64,000 bases of DNA. Source: Cyanobacteria bacterium P01_F01_bin.150 (GTDB lineage: Bacteria > Cyanobacteriota > Cyanobacteriia > CAKZMO01). Shown in pieces: positions 19,505 to 29,145 of the stretch. The position numbers and the translations under genes were made by a program. The notes beneath the pieces were generated by a model. The model was not told the DNA's origin, did not search any database, and worked only from the letters and a program-made list of their open reading frames with translations. The stretch spans positions 1 to 64,000 of the forward strand of contig JBCCYL010000017.1 of assembly GCA_039189765.1 (NCBI GenBank), given 5' to 3'. The stretch's first letter is position 1; every line of letters starts with the position of its first letter.

Positions 19505-20635
19505 ATGGAGCGTATAGAAATTAGGCTTCGTGCTAATTGGTGGCAGAAATGCGAAGCGGCTGGATTCTACTTCTATAAGCATGAGTCTGGACTACCCTAT
19601 TGGAATGAAGCAGCTTGCTATCGCTTCAGCACCAAGGAAGTAGAAGAGTTAAAAACAGCAAGTGCAACTCTACATAAAATGTGCTTACAAGCTGTGGATT
19701 TCGTCATTAGGAAAAATCGTTTCCCACAACTGCGCATTCCCCCAGACTTTGCTAGTTTGTGTTGTAAATCTTGGTTAAGGGGGGATGCACCATTCTTAGG
19801 TCGCTTTGATCTGGTTTACGATGGCGCTCATCCGCCAAAGCTATTGGAGTACAATGCTGATGCTGCAACCACCTTGTTAGAGTCAGGTGCTGTTCAGTGG
19901 GCTTGGTTACAGGAAGTCTACCCTAACCAGAGTCAGTTCAACTCAATTCATGAAAAACTGTTAGCAACTTTCAGTCAAAGAGGTTACCTGCAAAATCAAA
20001 TTCTTTACTTTAGCTGTGTTCGGGATAGTGAAGAAGATTTAGGCACAGTAGAGTATTTAAGAAATGTAGCAATTCAGGCAGGCGTACAAACTCAGCACAT
20101 CTTTATCGAAGATATTGGCTGGAATGAAACTCAACGTATATTTTGTGACTTAAATGAGCAACAGATTGGCAACCTCTTTACACTTTATCCTTGGGATTGG
20201 CTCCTTCAGGACCCCTTTGGGCGATATTTATTAGAGGAACCGATGAGGCTTTTGGAGCCAGCTTGGAAGATGATTCTTAGTAGTAAGGCAATTCTTCCTA
20301 TTCTCTGGGAACTTTTCCCCAATCACCCCAATCTACTGCCGAGCTACTACGACCGTTGTCAATTAGATTACCCTTATGTCAGCAAGCCTGTTTTCTCCTT
20401 GAAAGGAGAAAACATTACTATTCATAACCAAAAAGGAGTTTACAAAACTCCTGGCAGTTATGCAGACGAACCCTTAATTTACCAAGCTTACTGCCCTCCC
20501 CCTCAATTTAATGGTTACTATCCAATTATTGGTTCTTGGATTATTGACCAGCAAGCAGCAGGAATCGGCATTAGAGAAGATTCTGGTCCTATTACTCAAG
20601 ATTCTAGTTTCTTTGTTCCTCATTACATTTGTTAG
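19505..20635 (+). CDS. Glutathionylspermidine synthase-family ATP-grasp ligase (YgiC/YjfC-like, no amidase domain)
   Basis: YWNE, GRFDL, KLLEYNAD, EPAWKMILSSKAILPILWE, IGSWI, GIRED, FVPH. Confidence 0.92.
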   Translation: MERIEIRLRANWWQKCEAAGFYFYKHESGLPYWNEAACYRFSTKEVEELKTASATLHKMCLQAVDFVIRKNRFPQLRIPPDFASLCCKSWLRGDAPFLGRFDLVYDGAHPPKLLEYNADAATTLLESGAVQWAWLQEVYPNQSQFNSIHEKLLATFSQRGYLQNQILYFSCVRDSEEDLGTVEYLRNVAIQAGVQTQHIFIEDIGWNETQRIFCDLNEQQIGNLFTLYPWDWLLQDPFGRYLLEEPMRLLEPAWKMILSSKAILPILWELFPNHPNLLPSYYDRCQLDYPYVSKPVFSLKGENITIHNQKGVYKTPGSYADEPLIYQAYCPPPQFNGYYPIIGSWIIDQQAAGIGIREDSGPITQDSSFFVPHYIC

Positions 20636-21571
20636 TTGTTAGTCTGAGATCTTGCAATAGAAAACGCGTATTATCCAAAACTCTGCATTACCCCCCTCAA
20701 CCCTTGTTAAGGGGAAAGAATCCAGGCACCCTCCTGTAGGGGGCTTCCGGTCCCATTCCCTAAACTCATAAAGGACGTTTTCACCCAATCCAACCCAATC
20801 CAGAAATCGCTGTTGCTCCGAAGCCGTTACTTTTTCTCCACGCATTAATTTTTATAAAGATGCCTTTTATCGATTCTTCCTCTGTGGCATTCTTTATTTC
20901 AACAACCATCAATGAGTTGCAAGCGTTTTTTCTTATCACTTAATAGCATTGATAGAGATGGCTCTATAGTTGCTTTTCAATTATCTTTTTCCACCAACTG
21001 TTGTTTAGCAACAAAGTAGTAATTGACTTATTGGAAATGGATGTAAAGAGAGGCAAAAGTGTATGTAATCGCTTTTCACTTACTTCATTTCTAAGAAGGT
21101 CTAAGCCAGCTTTTACCTTATCTCTGTTGGTTGTTATTACGCCCCCTAAGCTGTAAATAGGTGAGAGCTTTGCTAGTTGTAATTGCAGGCTTCGATTACT
21201 ACAGGTGAATGCCTTCGCCAACATCTGAGTTAAGGGAGTTCTAATCAACATCTGAAGTGCGGGGAGCCTAATATTCTTAGGCACCAAATTTGAGGTAATT
21301 TTTTATTTTTTCTTTAAGGGTAAACCTTTTAGTAGGGGTTTGGCATCTGATTCCATGCTGATTTTTTTTCAGTAAAGGTTATAGTTTTTGCTATGTAGCT
21401 TTCATGCTGAATCTTGCATGATGGCAGTAGTTCACAAGGAGGTGAGATGTAAGCAAGGGTAGCCATTGAAGTTGTTGACATTGTGAAGGATGCCAATAGA
21501 TTTCAATTACTGGTACTTGTTTCAAAAGAAGTGCGATTATTCATGAATCTGATACTTAATGCAGATGCTTT

Positions 21572-22147
21572 ATGATTGATCAAGTTCTTACGTTTCTCAA
21601 AGATCAACTCAACTCTTACCTCAAACTGAAGACGGGGGTGGAGGGATTTGATATCGTCTTTATTCAAGAAAGAAGTTCAAAAGAGGTGACTTTTCCAAAG
21701 GAGGCGATTTCAGCATTTTTAATCAATATTGAAGAGGATCGAACATTTCGTTCGGGTGCGATGTATGAGCGAGGTAGAGAAGGAGTTCTCAGTGTTAATC
21801 CGACATTACAACCTCACCTATACCTTAATCTTTACGTCTTGATTGTGGCAAATTTCACTGATTATATTCAGTCTCTGAAGCTTCTTTCTCTTATTATTTC
21901 TTGTTTCCACCACCATCGACTATTTAATCACCATAACTCTCCAAATCTATCGCCTGAGATAGAAAAGTTGACCCTCGAATTGATCAATCTTCCATTTGAA
22001 GATCAAAGAGATATCTGGAGTATTGTCGGAAACTCCTATCTGCCCTCGGTTCTATACAAAGTTGGAATGCTTGCCTTTGAGGATCTTGACTCTTTAGAGG
22101 TGGGTGCTGACATTATCAAGGTAGATAAATTTACTGCCCCTCTTTGA
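21572..22147 (+). CDS. eCIS cap/terminator protein (Pvc16/Afp16, DUF4255)
   Basis: LINIEED, LNLYVL, IWS..G.SYLPSVLYKV; first gene of the CIS operon. Confidence 0.85.
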   Translation: MIDQVLTFLKDQLNSYLKLKTGVEGFDIVFIQERSSKEVTFPKEAISAFLINIEEDRTFRSGAMYERGREGVLSVNPTLQPHLYLNLYVLIVANFTDYIQSLKLLSLIISCFHHHRLFNHHNSPNLSPEIEKLTLELINLPFEDQRDIWSIVGNSYLPSVLYKVGMLAFEDLDSLEVGADIIKVDKFTAPL

Positions 22148-22219
22148 AATAGTGAGAATTGATAGTAGTAAGGAAGAAGGTGGAAATAACTCCTGATTTG
22201 ATACTAGGGTTTAGGTTAG

Positions 22220-23071
22220 ATGTCTTCCATAAATTACCAATGCTTATTTGATTTGAGCATTATTCACGACTATTACCAAGCCAAATCTTGTCCTGACTTA
22301 AGTATTGAGCCAACTCTTGAATGTAGGCACATTCTGGCTGGCCATCGTCTTCTTCTCAAACGGAAAATCAATGGTATTACCGTTATTACGCCAGCATCTC
22401 CAGACAATAAGCCCCTGCTCGAACTTGCTGATGATTTATCTTTTTCTTTCCTATTAAAGGTTAATAATTCACGTTTTTTTGATTTTACTGAGATTGATCC
22501 CAAATTCATTAGAACGCCAGTGGGACGTTATCTGTATGCTTTTAGCAATGAGAAGAATACTGAAGTTGGAGTATCAAGTCTAGAAGGTCGCTTTGTTTCA
22601 GGGAATGATATCAGTCACTCTCAAGCATCAGATATCTTAGGCTTTGTGAAAATTTACAACAATTCATCTTTGCCCAAGGCTTCAGCCCAAGCCAGTGACT
22701 ATCAAGTCTCTTTTCAGGCTAAAAAGCATTATTGGTACTATTATCTGATAGTTGATAAAAAAAATAATGGTGACACATTCTTAATAGAAGATGTGGAAGG
22801 TATTGGAGAACAAAAACTTACTTTTACTCAAACTAAACTGACCGAAGCAGACGTAGCTGATGTTCAGCCTTTTTTAGGTTCAAAGTTCTCTGGCAAACTC
22901 TTATACCTGTTTAAGTCGAATTCCGAAATTACTTGTCAGGAAGCCGGAAGACGCAATATTCAGTTACTCAAACAAAATGAGCAGGGTTCTTCCTCTATAT
23001 GGATCGAACATTTACCAAATCCCCCTAATCGAACAGGTATCCAAATTATTAATACCCTCAAATCCGTCTAA
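22220..23071 (+). CDS. eCIS-associated protein (possible cap adaptor)
   Basis: LFDLSIIHDYY N-terminus and HLPNP C-terminus; lies between cap and sheath. Confidence 0.6.
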   Translation: MSSINYQCLFDLSIIHDYYQAKSCPDLSIEPTLECRHILAGHRLLLKRKINGITVITPASPDNKPLLELADDLSFSFLLKVNNSRFFDFTEIDPKFIRTPVGRYLYAFSNEKNTEVGVSSLEGRFVSGNDISHSQASDILGFVKIYNNSSLPKASAQASDYQVSFQAKKHYWYYYLIVDKKNNGDTFLIEDVEGIGEQKLTFTQTKLTEADVADVQPFLGSKFSGKLLYLFKSNSEITCQEAGRRNIQLLKQNEQGSSSIWIEHLPNPPNRTGIQIINTLKSV

Positions 23072-23096
23072 CCATCACTGAATAGAGAAGACAGCT

Positions 23097-24428
23097 ATGC
23101 CTACTTATAAGACGCCCAATGTTTATATCGAGGAAATCTCCACTTTTCCTCCTTCCGTTGCAGAGGTATCCACAGCCATACCTGCTTTTATCGGTAACAC
23201 TGAGAAAGCGGTTAGAAGAGAAGAAGACCTTACCCTAAAACCCACTCGAATCAGTTCTATTCTTGACTATGAAACGCTATTCGGTGGAGCAGAACCTACC
23301 GCTCTAGATATCTCAACTGATGATGAAGGTCAAGTTCAACCGTTCACTCCCCCCGAAGTTAACTTTTTAATGTACTACGCATTGCGCATGTACTTCGATA
23401 ATGGTGGTGGAAGTTGCTACATTGTTTCTGTTGGCAGCTACGATGCTCCAGCCACCGCTGATGCTTTTAGAGAAGGGTTAGATGCTCTGAAAAAGGAGGA
23501 TGAACCCACTTTAATCTTGTTAACCGATGCCATTAAACAACTGGACGATATAGACTATATCCAACTGTGTCAGCAAGTATTGTTGCAATGCAATCAGTTG
23601 GGCGATCGCTTCGGCATTTTTGATGTTAAAGATGAGGAAAATGGTGTCGAAACCTTCCGACAAGGCATTGGCATCGAATCCTTGAAGTACGGTGCGGCTT
23701 ACTATCCTTATTTGCAAACCTCTCTGCCATATTATTACACTGATCAGTCTGTGACTCTGGCTGGGGTAGCACTAGAAGACGACAGCATCAAAAATCAACA
23801 AACAGAGCTGTATAACAAGATCAAAGCAGAGGTTGATAAAAAACGAGTTGTTTTACCTCCAAGTGCCGCAGTTGCCGGAGCCTATGCCAAAGTCGATCGG
23901 GATAGAGGAGTTTGGAAGGCACCTGCTAATGTGAGCTTGGCTTCAGTCATTGGGCCGACTCTAAAGATCACTAATGAGGAACAGGAAGATCTCAATGTTG
24001 ACCCCACTGCTGGAAAATCCATTAATGCAATCCGCAGCTTTACGGGCAAAGGAACCTTAATTTGGGGAGCGAGGACGTTAGCAGGGAATGATAATGAATG
24101 GCGCTATGTTCCCGTGCGTCGCTTATTCAATCTTGTGGAAGAATCTCTACAAAAAGCTACGGCTTTTGTTGTTTTTGAATCCAATAATGCCATCACATGG
24201 TTAAAAGTCAAAACCATGGTTGAAACTTATTTAGAAAGTTTATGGCGTAAAGGAGCATTAGCAGGTTCAACCCCGGAACAAGCCTTCTTTGTCAATGTAG
24301 GCTTGGGTAAAAGTATGACAAATCAAGATATTTTAGAAGGGCGTTTAATTGTAGAAATTGGTCTTGCTGCTGTTCGTCCAGCTGAGTTTGTAATTTTGAA
24401 ATTCTCTCACAAATTGCAAGAATCTTAA
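23097..24428 (+). CDS. Contractile tail sheath protein (Afp2/3/4-like)
   Basis: YKTPNVYIEE, TAIPAFIG, RGVWKAPAN, WGARTL, WRYVPVRR, RPAEF. Confidence 0.96.
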   Translation: MPTYKTPNVYIEEISTFPPSVAEVSTAIPAFIGNTEKAVRREEDLTLKPTRISSILDYETLFGGAEPTALDISTDDEGQVQPFTPPEVNFLMYYALRMYFDNGGGSCYIVSVGSYDAPATADAFREGLDALKKEDEPTLILLTDAIKQLDDIDYIQLCQQVLLQCNQLGDRFGIFDVKDEENGVETFRQGIGIESLKYGAAYYPYLQTSLPYYYTDQSVTLAGVALEDDSIKNQQTELYNKIKAEVDKKRVVLPPSAAVAGAYAKVDRDRGVWKAPANVSLASVIGPTLKITNEEQEDLNVDPTAGKSINAIRSFTGKGTLIWGARTLAGNDNEWRYVPVRRLFNLVEESLQKATAFVVFESNNAITWLKVKTMVETYLESLWRKGALAGSTPEQAFFVNVGLGKSMTNQDILEGRLIVEIGLAAVRPAEFVILKFSHKLQES

Positions 24429-24536
24429 AGAGTGGTAGTCAATAATGGGTAAAAAAACGTCTCTTTGCTTGTTGTAGCTACATCATTCTCCCTTACCTAA
24501 GTTAATACATCCACAACCCTCAACTAAGGAGCGCTT

Positions 24537-24998
24537 ATGGCAACCTCAGTACAAGATATCAAGAATACTTATCCCATTCCGGTATTTTATTACCGAGTTA
24601 CCATTGCTGGAGAAGACGCGATCGCTTTTTCCGAGGTATCTGGGTTAAGTATTAGTTACGAAACTATTACTTATAAAGACGGGATGAGCTATCGCGATGG
24701 TTCCAAGCATATGCCAGGAATGAAGGGCGACGTAAGTGTAACCCTCAAAAAAGGTATTGTTAGAAAAGATGATTATTTATTTAAGTGGATCAGTTCCATT
24801 CAATTGAATACTGTAGAAAAGCGGGATATGCGGGTGGACCTACTAGATGAAACTGGTGAAGCAGTGGTTTCTTGGACAATCACTAATGCATTTCCCAAAA
24901 AATTAGATGCCCCCTCATTTAGCGCTACTAGCAACGAAGTTGCTATTGAAAGCTTGGAACTGATGGCTGATTCTATTAAGGTTGATTACCCAGGATAG
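24537..24998 (+). CDS. Tail tube protein (Afp1/gp19-like)
   Basis: FSEVSGL, VTLKKG, W...NAFP, NEVAIESLEL. Confidence 0.93.
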   Translation: MATSVQDIKNTYPIPVFYYRVTIAGEDAIAFSEVSGLSISYETITYKDGMSYRDGSKHMPGMKGDVSVTLKKGIVRKDDYLFKWISSIQLNTVEKRDMRVDLLDETGEAVVSWTITNAFPKKLDAPSFSATSNEVAIESLELMADSIKVDYPG

Positions 24999-25061
24999 GG
25001 ATTATCTATCAGAGAAAAGTTAAGACAAATCTTTCTTATCCTTTACTTTTTGTCTTTCCTT

Positions 25062-25544
25062 ATGGCCAACCAATCTACCCTGCCACAACTGCCTAATTAC
25101 CAAAATCCACCTGTCGGTTGTTACTTCATGGTCGTTTTTTTCATCGGTGGCACTATACCTAACCCTTTGGATATCCGATTTCAAAGTGTTTCAGGTATTA
25201 AATCTACGATTGAGATAGACACGATAACTGAGGGTGGCGAAAATCTATTCGAGCATAGACTTCCCAAACGGGTTAAATACAATGACTTAATTCTCAAACG
25301 GGGCATGGTAATGGGTTCTCCCTTAAATATTGAATTCAACATTGCGATGAGTTTGATGCAAGCTTCTCCAAGTAATGTACTGGTGATGCTGCTTAATCCA
25401 GACGATGTTCCCATTGCCAGTTGGTTATTTCTTAATGCTTTTCCAAAAGAATGGGCAGTGTCTGACTTGAATGCCCAACAGAGTGAGGTAGTGATTGACA
25501 CTATGACCTTAGCGTACACCAGATTTCAAAATTTGAGGGTCTGA
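25062..25544 (+). CDS. Second tube protein (Afp5-like)
   Basis: RFQSVSG, EGGENLF, LILKRG, AFPKEW. Confidence 0.9.
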   Translation: MANQSTLPQLPNYQNPPVGCYFMVVFFIGGTIPNPLDIRFQSVSGIKSTIEIDTITEGGENLFEHRLPKRVKYNDLILKRGMVMGSPLNIEFNIAMSLMQASPSNVLVMLLNPDDVPIASWLFLNAFPKEWAVSDLNAQQSEVVIDTMTLAYTRFQNLRV

Positions 25545-25546
25545 CC

Positions 25547-25711
25547 ATGCCTGTAGAAATTAAAGAACTAACGATTCGTGCCAAGGTTGTTGAGACAGGG
25601 GCAACTCATTTAGCTCCAGCATCAGAAGAAGTTACAGCACAAAAAGAGGCAATTATCTCAGCCTGCGTCGAACAAGTTCTGAAAATATTGAAGACGAGAA
25701 AAGAAAGGTAA
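25547..25711 (+). CDS. Small eCIS protein (Afp6/DUF5908-like), 54 aa, absent from the ORF track
   Basis: Hand translation MPVEIKELTIRAKV...ACVEQVLKILKTRKER*; position directly after the tube genes. Confidence 0.85.
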   Translation: MPVEIKELTIRAKVVETGATHLAPASEEVTAQKEAIISACVEQVLKILKTRKER

Positions 25712-25806
25712 GGGAACTACGGTAAATAGGCAAAATACAATGGAGTAGAAAGTATCTAGTTTTATCTAAGGTGTAATCCTAAAACTTGTCTATGTAAGGA
25801 GTTCAT

Positions 25807-26481
25807 GTGCTAAAAAAACGTTTCAAGTTAGAAAAACTAAAAATTCATATTTATGATGACGTGAAGCGCATGGGGATGCCTCTGGATACTTTTGAGGCTA
25901 TGTTTAACCCAGAATCATATTCGTTAAATCATAGTATGGTCTATGATAGTTCTAAACCATTGTGCAGTTCTGGTACTGAACAACAATACACTTATCATGT
26001 ACCAGAGGATCTGACCCTAGATTTATACTTAGATAGCACAGGAGTAGCCTCAGTTGGTAGTAGGGACGTCCAAAAAGAAGTAGAACGTTTCTTAAAACTA
26101 ACAATGCACATGAACGGCAAAATTCACCAGCCAAATTTTCTGAAAATCGAATGGGGAGATCTTATTTTTAATTGCCGTTTGCAATCTGTTGAGGTTAACT
26201 ATTCTTTATTTGATCGTAGCGGTCGACCCATTAGGGCTAAGTTACATACTTCCTTTGTCAAGGAGCTAGCAGATGTTAAACGTCCTCCAACAGAAAACAA
26301 AAGCTCACCCGATTTAACCCATGTGAGAACCGTAAAAGCTGGTGATAACTTACCTTTGATGTCTCATAAAATATATGGCGATCCTTCTTATTATATCCAA
26401 CTTGCTCGTGCTAACAACTTGAATAATTTCCGTAAGTTGAAAGTTGGCAAGTCAATCAGTCTTCCACCTACAGCGAAATAA
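25807..26481 (+). CDS. Tube initiator with LysM domain (Afp7-like)
   Basis: MFNPESY, LFDRSGRPIRA, SSPDLTH..VKAGDNL..IYGDP. Confidence 0.9.
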   Translation: MLKKRFKLEKLKIHIYDDVKRMGMPLDTFEAMFNPESYSLNHSMVYDSSKPLCSSGTEQQYTYHVPEDLTLDLYLDSTGVASVGSRDVQKEVERFLKLTMHMNGKIHQPNFLKIEWGDLIFNCRLQSVEVNYSLFDRSGRPIRAKLHTSFVKELADVKRPPTENKSSPDLTHVRTVKAGDNLPLMSHKIYGDPSYYIQLARANNLNNFRKLKVGKSISLPPTAK

Positions 26482-26488
26482 ATCAATA

Positions 26489-28123
26489 ATGACTGGCGTT
26501 ATCACAGCAACAATTTTTAGTGATGGGAACAAGATGAGTCCTGAGCATCAGCTCATGTCCCTTGATATTAGCAAAGAAGTTAATAAAATTCCCAGAGCTC
26601 AATTGATTCTATTAGATGGTGATGGCGCCAAGCAGGAATTTGCTATCAGTGATACGGAATTTTTCAAGCCAGGAAAAGAGATTGAAATTAAACTTCGTTA
26701 TGAAGGGGAGACCCACAAGGAAGCTACAGTCTTTAAAGGTATTGTTGTAAGACACGGTGTCCAAGCTAACCAATATAGCTCTCGCCTTAGCATTGATTTA
26801 AAAGACTCTACTATTAAGTTAATTTCTAAGCGAAAGAGTGCGGTCTTTCGTGACATGACTGACAAGGAGATTATCGAGAACATCGCACAGTCTGAAGGAT
26901 TAAGAGTCAAGTCCATTGCTGAAACCCAACCGAAGCATAAGGAAATGGTGCAATTTTACTGCACAGATTGGGACTTTATTTTATCTCGTGTTGATGTAAA
27001 CGGCTGTTGGGTTTTAGTTAATGATGGCGAAATAACTATTGAGGAACCAAACTTACAAGGCACGCCCCAACATAAATTTGAATACGGCATCAGTGATATT
27101 TTTGAGTTTGAGATGGAAGCTGATGCTCACCATCAATATGAAACAGTAGAAAGCGTAGCTTGGGATGTCAAAAACCAAGAGTTATCACAACCTCAAAAGG
27201 CAAAAGAATTTTCTCTAAGCCAGGGAAATTTAGATGCAAAAGAATTAGCTCAGGCAGTTGGTGCAGACAACTGTCAATTGATTTTTCCAGGGCAGTTAGT
27301 TGAGGAAGAGAGTCAAGCCTGGGCAAATGCAAAGATGATCAAAAGTCGACTGTCGATGTTGAAAGGGCGTCTCCAAGTTGCTGGCTGTGCTGATATTAAA
27401 CCAGGCGATATTATGGAAGTGGCTGGAATCGGTAAGCGATTCAATGGCAAAACAGTCGTCACCGCCATACGTCATCAAGTTAGCGTCCAGGGATGGCAAA
27501 CAGATGTACAGTTTGGCTTATCTGCTGATTGGTTTTCTCAAAGTGAAGATATTATTCACGCTCCTGCTGCTGGCCTAATTCCTGCTATCAATGGCTTGCA
27601 AATAGGCATTGTGGATAAATATGAAGATGACCCTGATAAGCAATTTCGTATCAAGGTAAAAATCCCCTCAATTGAAAATGACGGTGTTGTCTGGGCAAGA
27701 TTAGCATCTATTGATTCTGGTGAGGAAAGAGGTATTTTTTTTAGACCTGAAGAAGGAGATGAAGTGATTCTTGGTTTTGTCGATGACGATCCAAGGCAAG
27801 CTGTCATTTTAGGAGCGATGCACAGTGAGAAAAATGATCTACCAGAAGGGTTGGAGGTTACCGAAGAAAACTATAAGAAGGGTATTGTTACTAGAGAATC
27901 ACTGCAAATTGTTTTTGATGATGAGCATAAGAATATTGAAATCAGTACACCTAATGGCAATCTATTGCGATTATCGGATAAAGATAAAGGGATGTATTTA
28001 GAAGATGAAAATGGTAATACTATCAAGATTGATGATAAAGGATTGCAAATCAAATCGAGTCAAGATATTACTATCGAAGGTAAAAATATTACTATAAAGG
28101 GTTCGAAAGTAGACGTTAATTGA
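26489..28123 (+). CDS. VgrG-like spike (Afp8)
   Basis: EVNKIPRA, QFYCTDWDF, WARLA, FRPEEGDEVILGF. Confidence 0.93.
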   Translation: MTGVITATIFSDGNKMSPEHQLMSLDISKEVNKIPRAQLILLDGDGAKQEFAISDTEFFKPGKEIEIKLRYEGETHKEATVFKGIVVRHGVQANQYSSRLSIDLKDSTIKLISKRKSAVFRDMTDKEIIENIAQSEGLRVKSIAETQPKHKEMVQFYCTDWDFILSRVDVNGCWVLVNDGEITIEEPNLQGTPQHKFEYGISDIFEFEMEADAHHQYETVESVAWDVKNQELSQPQKAKEFSLSQGNLDAKELAQAVGADNCQLIFPGQLVEEESQAWANAKMIKSRLSMLKGRLQVAGCADIKPGDIMEVAGIGKRFNGKTVVTAIRHQVSVQGWQTDVQFGLSADWFSQSEDIIHAPAAGLIPAINGLQIGIVDKYEDDPDKQFRIKVKIPSIENDGVVWARLASIDSGEERGIFFRPEEGDEVILGFVDDDPRQAVILGAMHSEKNDLPEGLEVTEENYKKGIVTRESLQIVFDDEHKNIEISTPNGNLLRLSDKDKGMYLEDENGNTIKIDDKGLQIKSSQDITIEGKNITIKGSKVDVN

Positions 28124-28216
28124 GAATAAAAATGAGGAAACTAATAAAAAGTGAGAAATAAAAAAAAACGATAAAAAATAAACTCTCAGTTCAAAATCAA
28201 AATCGATTGAGCCAAA

Positions 28217-28636
28217 ATGGTAACTAGCAAATCTTTTCTAGGTGTAGGCTGGGGTTTCCCTCCTACCTTTAACCAAAAATCAGCACGAATAGAACTAGTA
28301 TCTGATGCTGAAGATATTAGACAGAGCTTGGCCATACTTCTCTCTACCAGTCCAGGAGAGCGAACTATGCACCCAAATTTTGGCTGTGAACTGAGCCAGT
28401 TCCTCTTTGAGGAAATAACTCAGGGGCTACTCACTAATATCAAAGATATTATTACTGATGCCATTTTATACCATGAGCCACGAATAGAGTTAGAGGATAT
28501 CCAGATTACTGAAGGTGAGGATCGAGTAGGCTTATTGCTAGTAAGTATTGACTATATTATCCGTACTACTAACTCTCGACATAACTTTGTTTACCCTTTC
28601 TATATTAATGAAGCAAGTAGTATGGTCAATGCTTAG
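28217..28636 (+). CDS. Baseplate gp25-like protein (Afp9)
   Basis: FLGVGWGFPP, DIRQSL, GERTMHPNFGC, HEPRI, NFVYPFY. Confidence 0.95.
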   Translation: MVTSKSFLGVGWGFPPTFNQKSARIELVSDAEDIRQSLAILLSTSPGERTMHPNFGCELSQFLFEEITQGLLTNIKDIITDAILYHEPRIELEDIQITEGEDRVGLLLVSIDYIIRTTNSRHNFVYPFYINEASSMVNA

Positions 28637-28712
28637 AATCTTAAGTAGTAGCTCTACTCCACCTTTTCTATTTTTTCACTTGCACTACCCAATATCAGCA
28701 ACTTGACTAAAA

Positions 28713-29135
28713 ATGTCTGATCTTATCATTGTAAATGGCGATAAAGCAGAGTTTAAGCCAACCTTTGGTTTGGCCCAAGTTGTTGTCAGGCTAGGTGAAA
28801 TCAGTGGAAGCGGAAGATCTAGCCTAACGGATAAAAAAGTTTGTATTCTTGGTGATGAAAAGACTGTCTCTGTCCCAGGATGCTTGTATACTGCTGGTGC
28901 TTTTATTATCCCCGGCATAGGGACATTGAAGATTGACTTATTAAACAGCGATCAAATAGCAAAGAAAACAAATAGTGCCCAAACACCAATGATTCTTAAG
29001 GGTAGCAACTTCATCGCCAAATTTGAAGTGCAGGCTCCGGCTTTTCTCCCTTTTCCTTTACTCCCTGATGTCACTCCTCAATACTCAGGAGTTGGTAACT
29101 TTATCACTACTAATACAAAATGGACGGCAACTTAG
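28713..29135 (+). CDS. Spike tip protein (Afp10/Pvc10-like, PAAR-like)
   Basis: GD..F.P.FG, GSG, KKVCILGDEK, PG.G; position in the operon. Confidence 0.75.
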   Translation: MSDLIIVNGDKAEFKPTFGLAQVVVRLGEISGSGRSSLTDKKVCILGDEKTVSVPGCLYTAGAFIIPGIGTLKIDLLNSDQIAKKTNSAQTPMILKGSNFIAKFEVQAPAFLPFPLLPDVTPQYSGVGNFITTNTKWTAT

Positions 29136-29145
29136 AGACTTTCCA

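Noticed and set aside
20639..21287. ORFs 20639..20845 and 20964..21287 as real genes
   Set aside because: No recognisable motifs or RBS support.
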